Source of the DNA: a virus
Taxonomy: Duplodnaviria; Caudoviricetes
Length of the DNA stretch: 33,959 nt
IMG/VR virus record: IMGVR_UViG_3300047564_000773
Coordinates: 1 to 33,959 of that record
Strand: one strand, 5' to 3'
Shown here: in pieces, positions 14,560 through 23,077 of the stretch
Layout of the letters: each line of letters begins with the position of its first letter
Numbering within the stretch: the first letter of the stretch is position 1
Made by a program: the position numbers and the translations under genes
Notes under the pieces: model-generated
Databases searched by the model: none
Seen by the model: the letters and a program-made list of their open reading frames with translations, nothing else
Told to the model about the DNA's origin: nothing

Positions 14560-16661
14560 CACTTAGCTCCTGAAGCAGGAGCGCGACGGCCCCGCGTTAC
14601 GCTTGTCTGATTTGCTCCGGCAGGCTGGACTCGTCCAGATCCTCCGGCACTCCCTCCGGGTACGCCAGCCCCAGGTAGTTCTCCCGCGTTAGCGGCAGCC
14701 CCGCCTGCTTCAGCAGATCCAGAACGTAGTCCGGCTCGCTCCCACTCGGGGGACTGGATTCCACCTGCTGTTCTGATAACGTCATTGCGTGCCTCTTCAA
14801 GGGAGAGTTTGCCCTTCCTATATTTTACCCAAATGTCGTCAATGGCTTGCACATTTTTGGCGGTCTTGAATGTGTCAGGGAATAGGCCACGGACAGCTTC
14901 CCAGGTGATCGACTGCATTTCACGCGGCAGCACGCCACGCTCTGCAGCTGCACGCCGGTAGGCCTCGGCAAACAGACCATAGGTTCCCTGCACGCCACTG
15001 ATCGAGCTGTTCTTCGGGCCGACTTCGCCCGCCACATTTGATCCGAAGTTATGCAGCACCTCGCGGCTGTTGCCCGACAGCGGGCGCAGCAAGCCTGCAG
15101 CGACTGCGTGTGTGTCGATCGTCACATGGCCGGCAGGGTCGCCAGGCGCATAGATGTTGTTGTAGAAGTTGCGCACCTTGTGCTGCTGGCCAAGCATGAT
15201 GCTGATGTTTTCACGCGTCGGGTTGTCCAAGATTGAGATCGCTTTGCCGATCTCGTTCAAAGATCCCCAGCCGGTCTTGTACGGTGCGCCAGACTGCGTC
15301 ATGCGCACGCCCATGAAATCACCTTCCGGCGACACGATCTGGTGCTCACGCGGGTTGAATGCCTGGTCATATGTACGCAGCCACAGAGCACGCTCGCCTG
15401 GGGTCTTGAGCTCTGCATAGCTCTTGCCGCGCACCAGGTCGATCACCGGCTGGTACTTCGGGTCAGCCCAGATGACAGATGCCGTCTCGTTCATTGCGTC
15501 ATCCCAGCGCCGGCCAGACTGATTGCGTGCGATGTCGATCACGCGCTGGCCAAGCGAGACATTCATAAACCAATCTTTTTGCGGTGACAGCACGGCAAGC
15601 ACGCCGGACACAGCTTGATCAGGCACACCGTACTCATTACCAAAGCGATCGGTGATGTTGCGTGCGCCGTCGTACCACAAGCGCGATCGAGTGCGCGTTC
15701 CCTCTGGCACCTGGTCGTACAGGTAGAGCAGGTTGTCCTTCACATGGCTGATGAAGTCCTCGGCCTGCTTCTCTGGCGTGCGAGCCTTTGAAACAAAATT
15801 CGGGTACTGCTTGATCAGACCCATGTTGTGAGCAAATGCGTCTGGGTCTGCCTTTGCTGAGTTGTAGTCAATGATCAGGCTGCTCTGGATCGGATCTTCA
15901 GTCGCCTTCTTTGCTGTCGGCAGGCGAGTGCTGACCACGTTCGGGCCAGGGGGTGCCACGTCCATGAGCCCACCCGTCTTGCGCAGGTAGCCTTCAACCA
16001 TCTCACCAGCAGCTGGTGCCAGCGCCTCACCTACTTTCTTCGCACCCTTTGCGGCAAGCGCAACACCAGGTACGGCGTCCAAACTTTGAAGCACCCCGGT
16101 TCCATACTGCAGCGCAGCCTGACCATATTTGCCAGCCTCTGCCGATTCCATTGCCTCGCCAGCAGCGATGCCTGCCTCCTGCGTGGCAAGCGGGATGACA
16201 AACGGCGTGACATCAATCAGGCCGATACCAAGCGGTGCGCCAGAACTATCGCCACCAAACATGGTTTGTGCCAGCCTGCGTGCGCGGGCATTGTCCATGC
16301 CGGCATTGTCAATCAACATCTGCTGCATCCCAGCAGCCAGCTTCTCGCGCAGTGTCATGTCTTTGGGAATGACAGAGCCAACAACACCAGCTTTTTGATC
16401 TTCTGCAATCCTGCGCATGATCATTTCTGATTGTGTTGCCAGCGGCATATTGCGCATCATCTCCGCAGCCTGTTCGGGGGTGGTCGGCGCTTTAGGCAGC
16501 CCAGCACCGGCAGGCGCATCGGTGCGCGTCTTGCTCGGCCCAGCAGCCAGCTGCACGCCATCCAGCGACGGCTCTGCAGCCATCGGCTCGCTCACAGCCT
16601 CGGGAAACGCAGCCATCGCCAGCGTGTCCAGATACTTCTGTTCGATCTGGCTGTAGGCCAT
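14559..16661 (-). CDS. Internal virion-cluster protein with a HhH-GPD/OGG-like (DUF7178-like) DNA-glycosylase domain
   Basis: Sits among ejection genes; motifs WYDGA, VLAVLSPQ.DW..N, HKVRNFYNNI, VTIDTHA and Y.LFAEAYR.AA.E.G.LP.EMQSITW in roughly 14885-15700. Confidence 0.75.
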   Translation of the reverse strand: MAYSQIEQKYLDTLAMAAFPEAVSEPMAAEPSLDGVQLAAGPSKTRTDAPAGAGLPKAPTTPEQAAEMMRNMPLATQSEMIMRRIAEDQKAGVVGSVIPKDMTLREKLAAGMQQMLIDNAGMDNARARRLAQTMFGGDSSGAPLGIGLIDVTPFVIPLATQEAGIAAGEAMESAEAGKYGQAALQYGTGVLQSLDAVPGVALAAKGAKKVGEALAPAAGEMVEGYLRKTGGLMDVAPPGPNVVSTRLPTAKKATEDPIQSSLIIDYNSAKADPDAFAHNMGLIKQYPNFVSKARTPEKQAEDFISHVKDNLLYLYDQVPEGTRTRSRLWYDGARNITDRFGNEYGVPDQAVSGVLAVLSPQKDWFMNVSLGQRVIDIARNQSGRRWDDAMNETASVIWADPKYQPVIDLVRGKSYAELKTPGERALWLRTYDQAFNPREHQIVSPEGDFMGVRMTQSGAPYKTGWGSLNEIGKAISILDNPTRENISIMLGQQHKVRNFYNNIYAPGDPAGHVTIDTHAVAAGLLRPLSGNSREVLHNFGSNVAGEVGPKNSSISGVQGTYGLFAEAYRRAAAERGVLPREMQSITWEAVRGLFPDTFKTAKNVQAIDDIWVKYRKGKLSLEEARNDVIRTAGGIQSPEWERAGLRSGSAEAGGAAANAGELPGAGVPGGSAGGSGRVQPAGANQTSVTRGRRAPASGAK
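14597..14785 (-). CDS. Small acidic protein (62 aa) overprinted in the C-terminal tail of the 700-aa gene
   Basis: Own RBS (AAGAGG, 6 nt, ATG at 14785); protein-like sequence DYVLDLLKQAGLPLTRENYLGLAYPEGVPEDLDE, while the host frame here is low-complexity Gly/Ala. Confidence 0.65.
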   Translation of the reverse strand: MTLSEQQVESSPPSGSEPDYVLDLLKQAGLPLTRENYLGLAYPEGVPEDLDESSLPEQIRQA

Positions 16662-16663
16662 CG

Positions 16664-18427
16664 TTACTCTCCCGCCTGGTTCAGCAGCTGCTCGATGCGG
16701 GTCACCTCGCGCTGCTTGTTGATGTCATTGCCAGCCTTCTGCTTCAGCGCAGGCAGGTTTTGCCGGGTGATCGTTCCGTTGATCCAAGGCTTTTGCTCAT
16801 ACGTCTTGAGCAAAGTGCGAGCGGATTTTGCGGCTTCGCTGTTGCGCTGCTTGGTGATGCCCTCGTCGATCTTTTCCAGAATCATCCGCGGCGTCGGCAC
16901 CTTGCCTTCGCGGATCATCTGCGCCTCGATGTCCTTGGACTGCGCTAGCAGCTCCTGGCGGCGCTTGAACTCAGCACCCTTGGGGTCGATGACCGTCACG
17001 CTGCCAGGGATGACTGGGATGCCAGCACGCTGCGAGATACCGCGGTCGAGCTCGTTCTGATCCTGCTTGTCCTCGCGGTTGAGCAGTCTAAGCGCAGCCA
17101 CAGCTTGCTTGGTGCCCAAGCCCTGCCTAGTCATCGACCAAATCTGATCAGGGCTGGTGATGCGACCCTCGAAGATACCGCGCAACAGATTGAACTCCAC
17201 GCCTGCGTTACCTTCGCCTTTGGGCGGGTCGCGCAGATCCTTCAGCACGCCGAGCGGCACAACCTTTGGATTGCGCATGGCAATAACAGCAATCTGGTCA
17301 GTCAGTTTTCTACGCTGTGCGCTGCCCTCTGGGGCAAGCAGAGCCTGGTCATACAGTGGCAAAAACTCTTTGAGGTCTGCGGCTTCTCTGTCAGCCCTCT
17401 GCTGCTTTTCAATCGCCTCGCGGTTGTTGACCGCGACCATGAAGTTGGCAGTCACCTTGGCCACAGAGTCGAAGTCGGTGGCGATCATCTGCTGCAGCAC
17501 TGGGCTCATCTTGCCCACATCGCCCGAACGAATCTTTGCCAACGTCTTCATCGGGTCGGCCATGTAGGCGTCGCCGGTGATTTCCTTCGTCACCGCGTTA
17601 ATCTTTGCAGTGCGCAGTGCTGTCTCAAACTTGGTCGAGTATTCCTTCTGCAGACCAGCATCACCCAGCAACATCGACTGCGTGTTGATGTTCTTGCGGA
17701 ACACGTCAGCGAGCTGGTCGATTGAATACTGCTGACCAGTGCGCGGGTCGGTGTAGCTGCCCTGCTGCACGGTCGCCTCGAGCAGTCGCACGCTGTTGTC
17801 GAAGTCGAGATCAAACTTGGCGATGCGCTCGTTCTTTGCGCGGGTGAGCTCGGTCTGCCGCGCCTTATCAAGCACGGTCGAGCCGTGCATCTTCATGGTC
17901 GCAGTGAACTTGAGCGCAGCTTCTGGGTCGACACTAGCCAACGACTTCGCCAGACCATTGGTCATGGTCGCGATCTTGGTCTCCACCTGCTTCGAGTTTG
18001 CGTTGCCTGTCTCGATGTCGACCAGCATCTTCGACAACTCGTTGCGACCCTCAATCTCAAAATGCGATGAGAGCTCAAGGCTTCTTGCCTTGCGCACAGC
18101 GGCATTAAAAAAGCTCGGCAGGTCGCCAGACACTTTGCCGATGCCGCCACCCAGGCCGACCGTCACACCCTCTTTGGCGAGCTGGATGTCTTCCGGCGTC
18201 AGCGGGTTGCTGGCCGCATACTCGAAACCTTCTTTGGTGCGCAGGTCTGCGGAATACTTGTTGATGGTCGTAGCCATCCGGTCGAGGATCTGCGCATACA
18301 CGTTGCTGACATTGACTTCAGCGCGGGCAGCGGTCATGTAATCGACCTCGGTCGGCACGACCTGCTGCATCGGCACACCGCCGGCACCGCGCAGCTGTAC
18401 TTGTCCTTCTGTCAGTCGCGTCGCCAT
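16664..18427 (-). CDS. Internal virion (ejection) protein, gp15-position analogue
   Basis: 587-aa helical protein in a conserved position after the small ejection protein. Confidence 0.72.
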   Translation of the reverse strand: MATRLTEGQVQLRGAGGVPMQQVVPTEVDYMTAARAEVNVSNVYAQILDRMATTINKYSADLRTKEGFEYAASNPLTPEDIQLAKEGVTVGLGGGIGKVSGDLPSFFNAAVRKARSLELSSHFEIEGRNELSKMLVDIETGNANSKQVETKIATMTNGLAKSLASVDPEAALKFTATMKMHGSTVLDKARQTELTRAKNERIAKFDLDFDNSVRLLEATVQQGSYTDPRTGQQYSIDQLADVFRKNINTQSMLLGDAGLQKEYSTKFETALRTAKINAVTKEITGDAYMADPMKTLAKIRSGDVGKMSPVLQQMIATDFDSVAKVTANFMVAVNNREAIEKQQRADREAADLKEFLPLYDQALLAPEGSAQRRKLTDQIAVIAMRNPKVVPLGVLKDLRDPPKGEGNAGVEFNLLRGIFEGRITSPDQIWSMTRQGLGTKQAVAALRLLNREDKQDQNELDRGISQRAGIPVIPGSVTVIDPKGAEFKRRQELLAQSKDIEAQMIREGKVPTPRMILEKIDEGITKQRNSEAAKSARTLLKTYEQKPWINGTITRQNLPALKQKAGNDINKQREVTRIEQLLNQAGE

Positions 18428-18438
18428 TCTTGCCCTCT

Positions 18439-19041
18439 CTATTTCCCGATAATCCGCTCACCGGCAGCAACAGCACCGGATGCCAGCGTTGCGTTAGCGA
18501 GCAGCCCGCCAGACTTACGCGCTGCGCTGCCAGCCTGTTCGTACTGCGCACCCTGGCGCTCTGCGGTGAACAGGTTCAGCATGTTCTGGTACTCGGTCGA
18601 CTGCACCAATGCGGTCGCGTCTTCGTAGCCCATAATGCGAGCGGTCAGTGCATTCAGATCAGTGATGCCAACGTCGAACATGGTTGCTCTGACGTTTTCG
18701 TTCTGCACGGCCTGCACGCTGCCTTCGCCCAGCACCACACCGTTTGCAGCAGCTCGAGCGCGGATAGCAGCATTGGTCGCACGCATGTTTTTCAGCAGCG
18801 TATTGCCAGCGATCTGATAGTTCTGCGACTCCATCTGCGACTTCTTGAGCGTGCGGCCTGCCTGAATGGCTGCATACATCTCTGCCATGTCGGCACGCAC
18901 TTCAGCCACAGCGAGGTTGTCGCGTGCTTGCAACAGATAGCCGGTCTGCTGCTGAATGCCAGCAGCGATCTGCATCTGCGATTGCGCATAACTGGTAAGA
19001 AACCCAGCGCCTGCGACAAGTTGTCCTGGTGTAATGGCCAT
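18439..19041 (-). CDS. Internal virion protein, gp14-like
   Basis: Ala/Gln-rich with RARAAANGV..GEGS motif and hydrophobic/Gly termini; immediately after the nozzle gene. Confidence 0.75.
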   Translation of the reverse strand: MAITPGQLVAGAGFLTSYAQSQMQIAAGIQQQTGYLLQARDNLAVAEVRADMAEMYAAIQAGRTLKKSQMESQNYQIAGNTLLKNMRATNAAIRARAAANGVVLGEGSVQAVQNENVRATMFDVGITDLNALTARIMGYEDATALVQSTEYQNMLNLFTAERQGAQYEQAGSAARKSGGLLANATLASGAVAAGERIIGK

Positions 19042-19043
19042 CG

Positions 19044-21032
19044 TCAGGTTCCCGAATAAACAGCGACTCGGTAATCAAGGCCGAGCAGATTCATCTTCAG
19101 CGGCAGACTCTGCGTCACTTCGATCGCCTGCTCGCGGCTGTAGCCGAGGATGCCGTTGACGCGCTTGATGCCGGTGAACGTCGGCACCGGGTCATCCAGC
19201 AGCGGGTTGTCCATCAGCCGGAAAGCAACCTCCTGCGCGTTGAGCAGGCAGTGCTGCGTGTCGTCAAGCACCGCGCTGATCTCGACGATGCGCTTCTTGA
19301 ACGACACACGGCTGCCGGTCTGCAGCTTGATCTCCACCGGCATCGTCTTGGCATAGACCGTAAACGGCAGGCCGACTTCGTAGCTGGTGGTCGATTCACG
19401 ATCAAACGTCACCGCGCCACCAGCGCTCACAGTTTCATTACTTTGCGGCACACCATCAGTAATGACGTTTAGCGACTTGCCGACGTGCGGCAGACCAGAA
19501 CCGACACCACCAGCCGAGCCACCAGTAAATGCGCAGTCGGTATACAGATCGTCCTTGAACTGCTCAATAAAGTACCTAGTTGTGCCATTGAACACGCGCT
19601 TGGTCACGACGTAGATCTGCGTCACGTCGACACCAACATCCATGAAATCACCGTCGGTGATGTACTCGCTTGGTGACGTGATCTGCTGGCTGCGCATGAT
19701 CGAGAACACCGCCATCGTGCCGTCGCTGGTGTTAGTCATCATCAGCAGATCAGCTTCCTCGGTGCTGGCGGCACGACGCAAGGCGATGCGCTGCGGGCCT
19801 TTCAACAGATGGCCTGCAAGCAGCGAGATGCGTTGAGTGATATAGGTCAGCTGCGTGTCAGAGAAGACGAACTCATTAAGCGACTTGCCCTGGCGCTGGA
19901 TGTAGATCGAGCCAGACTCAACCGACTGCACCCGCGTGCCAGGCTTGACGCCGTTGCGGCTGACCTGCTTGAAAGTGAAGGTCAGCGGCGTCACCGGATC
20001 GGTGCCTTGCTGCGGAACGACGAACTCACCGCCGGTCGTGAACACTTGGAAGTCACGCGATGAAATGATGTCCGTGATGACGTTCAGGTCATTGGTGTCG
20101 AGGGTCGCCTCGACTGCGTCATCGTCCAGCGATTCGCTTGGCACGAAATCGAAGAACAGATTGATCTTTGAGCCCCAGATGGTCGATGGGCGCGACTTGC
20201 TGCCGCCAAAATACAGCCGACCTTCATGGAACGTCACTGACCGCGGCCAGCCCTTGCCAGAGCTCCACACGTCCTCGTAGCCGGTCTCGAGCTCCCAGCT
20301 GCCGTTGGCAACCGCTGCGGTGTTGAAAAACGGGTATTCGGTGATGGCGTCGACCGATGTGGCAGAGTTGAACCGAACGATCTTTGCTCGACCCTGTGGG
20401 CTGGCATTGATGTACTGGTTGACATGGCCGCTGCTAAACACCGAGGCCGATGCGGTAATCGTGATGTTGCCGGCCACCGCAGACGGCGTGATCGTGCCGG
20501 AAGGATTGGTCGCCGCCAGCGTGAAGGCGTACTTCGGGATGCTGTCAAACGTGATCGTGCTCGCCGTCCAGCTCGCGTCAGATCCTCCGCGCACAATCTT
20601 GACCGGCTGCAGATCTGGGTGAACGATGATCAGCGTGTCAGCAGACTGCGTCCAGCACATGTCGTCGACGATGCTGCTGCCGATCGACGTAGCCAGATAG
20701 TCATTGCCCGACGCATTGATGTTGGCAATCCGCGCACCGTTCTTGATGACGTGCATTCTGTTGTGCGTGAAGCACAGCATGTAAGAGTCATCGACCGAGA
20801 ACTGGAACGGCACCAGGCGCACACCGTTGCCGGCAGACTCGGTGCCGGTATGCGGCAGCTGGTGAATGTGCTTCAAGCCTGGCCGGCGGCGCAGTCCACC
20901 TTGCGGCTGGATCAGCACGTTGGTCGCCTTCGCCAGCGCGTTCGGATAGGACTGCAGGTCAACCCGCGCACGCAGCAGCGGGTCGAGCTCCCCCGTCGAG
21001 AAGTTGGTGGCGAAGTCGACGAAGCGCGGCAT
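19044..21032 (-). CDS. Tail tubular protein B (nozzle)
   Basis: NFSTGELDP.L.AR.DL..Y, PQGG..RRPG, RLVPFQFS, TQSADTL and WP..VTFHEGRL.FGG motifs. Confidence 0.9.
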   Translation of the reverse strand: MPRFVDFATNFSTGELDPLLRARVDLQSYPNALAKATNVLIQPQGGLRRRPGLKHIHQLPHTGTESAGNGVRLVPFQFSVDDSYMLCFTHNRMHVIKNGARIANINASGNDYLATSIGSSIVDDMCWTQSADTLIIVHPDLQPVKIVRGGSDASWTASTITFDSIPKYAFTLAATNPSGTITPSAVAGNITITASASVFSSGHVNQYINASPQGRAKIVRFNSATSVDAITEYPFFNTAAVANGSWELETGYEDVWSSGKGWPRSVTFHEGRLYFGGSKSRPSTIWGSKINLFFDFVPSESLDDDAVEATLDTNDLNVITDIISSRDFQVFTTGGEFVVPQQGTDPVTPLTFTFKQVSRNGVKPGTRVQSVESGSIYIQRQGKSLNEFVFSDTQLTYITQRISLLAGHLLKGPQRIALRRAASTEEADLLMMTNTSDGTMAVFSIMRSQQITSPSEYITDGDFMDVGVDVTQIYVVTKRVFNGTTRYFIEQFKDDLYTDCAFTGGSAGGVGSGLPHVGKSLNVITDGVPQSNETVSAGGAVTFDRESTTSYEVGLPFTVYAKTMPVEIKLQTGSRVSFKKRIVEISAVLDDTQHCLLNAQEVAFRLMDNPLLDDPVPTFTGIKRVNGILGYSREQAIEVTQSLPLKMNLLGLDYRVAVYSGT

Positions 21033-21646
21033 CAGTTTCTCACCGCGATCAGGGTGTAATCTTCCATCGCACGGGTCGGCTGACCCTGCGCATCGATGTT
21101 CATGGCCGTGCGGAAGTAGCCGCCGCGGCCATTCTCGGACGGGTCGCCAACCGCCTTGCGCTCCCAGCGCAGCGACTTGTCCTGTTGTTCGGTGATCGGC
21201 TCGGCCAGATGCCAGGCCATCATGTACTTCATCAGCTGGGTGAAATACTGGGGCCAGGCAAACTCACCGACGCTGTACTGGTAGTCGATGAACACGGCCT
21301 CAATATTGGTCAGCAGCTGGTCACCCTGGATTTCCCAGTCTTTCTGCACTGAAGCGCCTGGGCTGGCGGTGTCATAAACAGCACGCGGGCCGGCCAGGCG
21401 GTCACCCGGCAGCTGATAGGCGTATTTCCAGACCGATGTCGGCGCTGTCAGCAGGCGAGCGAGCTGCACTTTCTTGGTGTTGAAACTCCACGGGTACATC
21501 ACCAGCGTGGAGTCGCGGATGTCTGGATACAGACGGTCGCAGACCGAGCTCTCGTCGGTGCCATCATTGAACGACGTGATGGCCTTTGCGCCAATCAGGA
21601 GCAGGGCATCTGAACAAATTGTGATCCCGGTATCGCCTGCTGCCAT
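21032..21646 (-). CDS. Tail tubular protein A (adaptor)
   Basis: ICSDAL..IGA..I.SF.DGT.E...C..LY...RD..L..YPWSF, W.YAYQLP.D. Confidence 0.88.
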   Translation of the reverse strand: MAAGDTGITICSDALLLIGAKAITSFNDGTDESSVCDRLYPDIRDSTLVMYPWSFNTKKVQLARLLTAPTSVWKYAYQLPGDRLAGPRAVYDTASPGASVQKDWEIQGDQLLTNIEAVFIDYQYSVGEFAWPQYFTQLMKYMMAWHLAEPITEQQDKSLRWERKAVGDPSENGRGGYFRTAMNIDAQGQPTRAMEDYTLIAVRN

Positions 21647-21666
21647 CGCAACCTCTTAATGTGAGA

Positions 21667-21698
21667 AGGGGCCGATCCCTTGAAAGAGACCAGCCCCT
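21667..21698 (-). terminator. Hairpin (probable leaky terminator) after capsid/decoration genes
   Basis: AGGGGCTGGTCTC-TTTCAA-GGGATCGGCCCCT, a 13-bp stem with G-U pairs followed by a weak pyrimidine tract. Confidence 0.6.
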
Positions 21699-21719
21699 GG
21701 TACCACGCTTGACTGCCGG

Positions 21720-21998
21720 TTAGTCGCCGTCGGTAGCCGACAGAGTTGTGCCGTCAGTCACGTCGACCACGCCCGAAGCGTTGGACACGACGTAGACCAG
21801 GGTGACCACGGCGGTCGAGCCGGTCGAGGTCACGCAGTGGATCACGTCGCCAACCTCAAGGGTGTTAGCCAGTGAGTTGAAGTAGCCCGACGTGTTGACA
21901 TCCGCGATGGCATCTGCGGTTTTGTAGCCATACATCGACGGTGCGTTGCCGCGCTTGGACGCGGAGTAGGCGGTAAAGCCAGCTGCATCGTATGCCAT
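21720..21998 (-). CDS. Probable capsid decoration/cement protein
   Basis: 92 aa directly after the MCP; Y.T.DAIADVNTSGYFN.....L.VGD.I motif. Confidence 0.7.
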   Translation of the reverse strand: MAYDAAGFTAYSASKRGNAPSMYGYKTADAIADVNTSGYFNSLANTLEVGDVIHCVTSTGSTAVVTLVYVVSNASGVVDVTDGTTLSATDGD

Positions 21999-22014
21999 GA
22001 TTCAGCCCTCCCTA

Positions 22015-22869
22015 TTAAGCTGCAGCCGCGGTGTCGCGGGCAGTGATCTTGACGATACCCTCGGCATCGATCGCAACCGAACCCGCCGAGAACAGAGCAT
22101 TGACCAGCCAGCTCGTCTTCTCAGGGATGTAGTTGATCTCAGTCTTGGGTGCGATGCCTTCTGCGTAGCCGATGGCGTCCTTGTGGAAGGCGTACAGAGT
22201 ACGATCCGACGAACCATCGATCGGCAAACCACCTTCCGAGCGGTCGCCCAGCACATGGAACGTAAAGCCCATGTATTGGTTGATCTCGCCCTGAACCAGC
22301 GCCTTGACGGTGTTGAAGTCCGAGCTGGTGACCGAAGTCTGCTCGAGCATCGATGCCAAGCTGTTGGCGTGGATGATGATGTTGCGACCATCAGCCGGCA
22401 CGTTCTTGGCGTTCAGGATCTTCGCAGCCTCGCGCAGCTTGGCGATGTTCATGTTGGTGTTCGAGCCACCAATCGAATTCGCCACGGTGCCGGTGCCGGA
22501 AGCGGCAGACAGCGCGTCGAGGATCAGCTGATCCTGGCGACGACCAATCGCAGCGCCGACGACCTGGGCGAGCTCAGAGCGCTCGTCGAAGTTGACCTTT
22601 GCCTGCGAGAAAACATCCGAATACTCAGCGGCGTTCCAGTCGGACAGCGTGCAGGTAACGGTCGAGAAGCCGACGTTCATCGGCGTGACATCGGTCTGGG
22701 TCACGCGGGCAGTTGCCACGCCACGACCGACCTTCGGGAATCTTACGGTAGAGCCTTCGACACCACGACGCTGACGCACAGCGCCCACCAGCATTGCCTT
22801 GCCCTGGTAAGCCTGTTTGACCTCTGCGTCGAACAGTGTCACAAAGGCGTTGCTCAGAGAGATAGCCAT
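22015..22869 (-). CDS. Major capsid protein
   Basis: FVTLFDAEVKQAYQ, STVRFPK.G.G.A, A.GRRQDQLILDAL, TSSDFN.VKALV.GEI..YMGF.F; follows the scaffold gene. Confidence 0.9.
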   Translation of the reverse strand: MAISLSNAFVTLFDAEVKQAYQGKAMLVGAVRQRRGVEGSTVRFPKVGRGVATARVTQTDVTPMNVGFSTVTCTLSDWNAAEYSDVFSQAKVNFDERSELAQVVGAAIGRRQDQLILDALSAASGTGTVANSIGGSNTNMNIAKLREAAKILNAKNVPADGRNIIIHANSLASMLEQTSVTSSDFNTVKALVQGEINQYMGFTFHVLGDRSEGGLPIDGSSDRTLYAFHKDAIGYAEGIAPKTEINYIPEKTSWLVNALFSAGSVAIDAEGIVKITARDTAAAA

Positions 22870-23014
22870 TTGTAAACCTCGTTCGGTTAATTAGTCAGGG
22901 TTTTGCGCGTCGGTGAGCCGCGTCATGCGGGCCTGTGCTTGCTGCTTACGGCAGCCACTCGGCAGCATCTCGCTGCGAGTCAGGGTCGGGGAAACCCGGT
23001 GGGCCTTGTGCCGG

Positions 23015-23042
23015 ATTGTAGGCAACTGTATCCAAAATGCAA
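23015..23042 (-). promoter_or_regulatory. sigma70-like promoter upstream of the MCP with a long leader
   Basis: TTGCAT, 16 nt, TACAAT on the - strand, about 140 nt upstream of the MCP ATG. Confidence 0.55.
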
Positions 23043-23077
23043 CACAGTCGATTGCAATCTGTACAAGACCCGACCGG

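Noticed and set aside
21648-21657. GCAACCTCT matching the origin iteron
   Set aside because: It is the reverse complement of the GAGG RBS of tail tubular protein A, is a single isolated copy and is probably coincidental.
23025-23048. CTGT...ACAG near the MCP promoter as a second LexA box
   Set aside because: The spacer is 14 nt, not 8.
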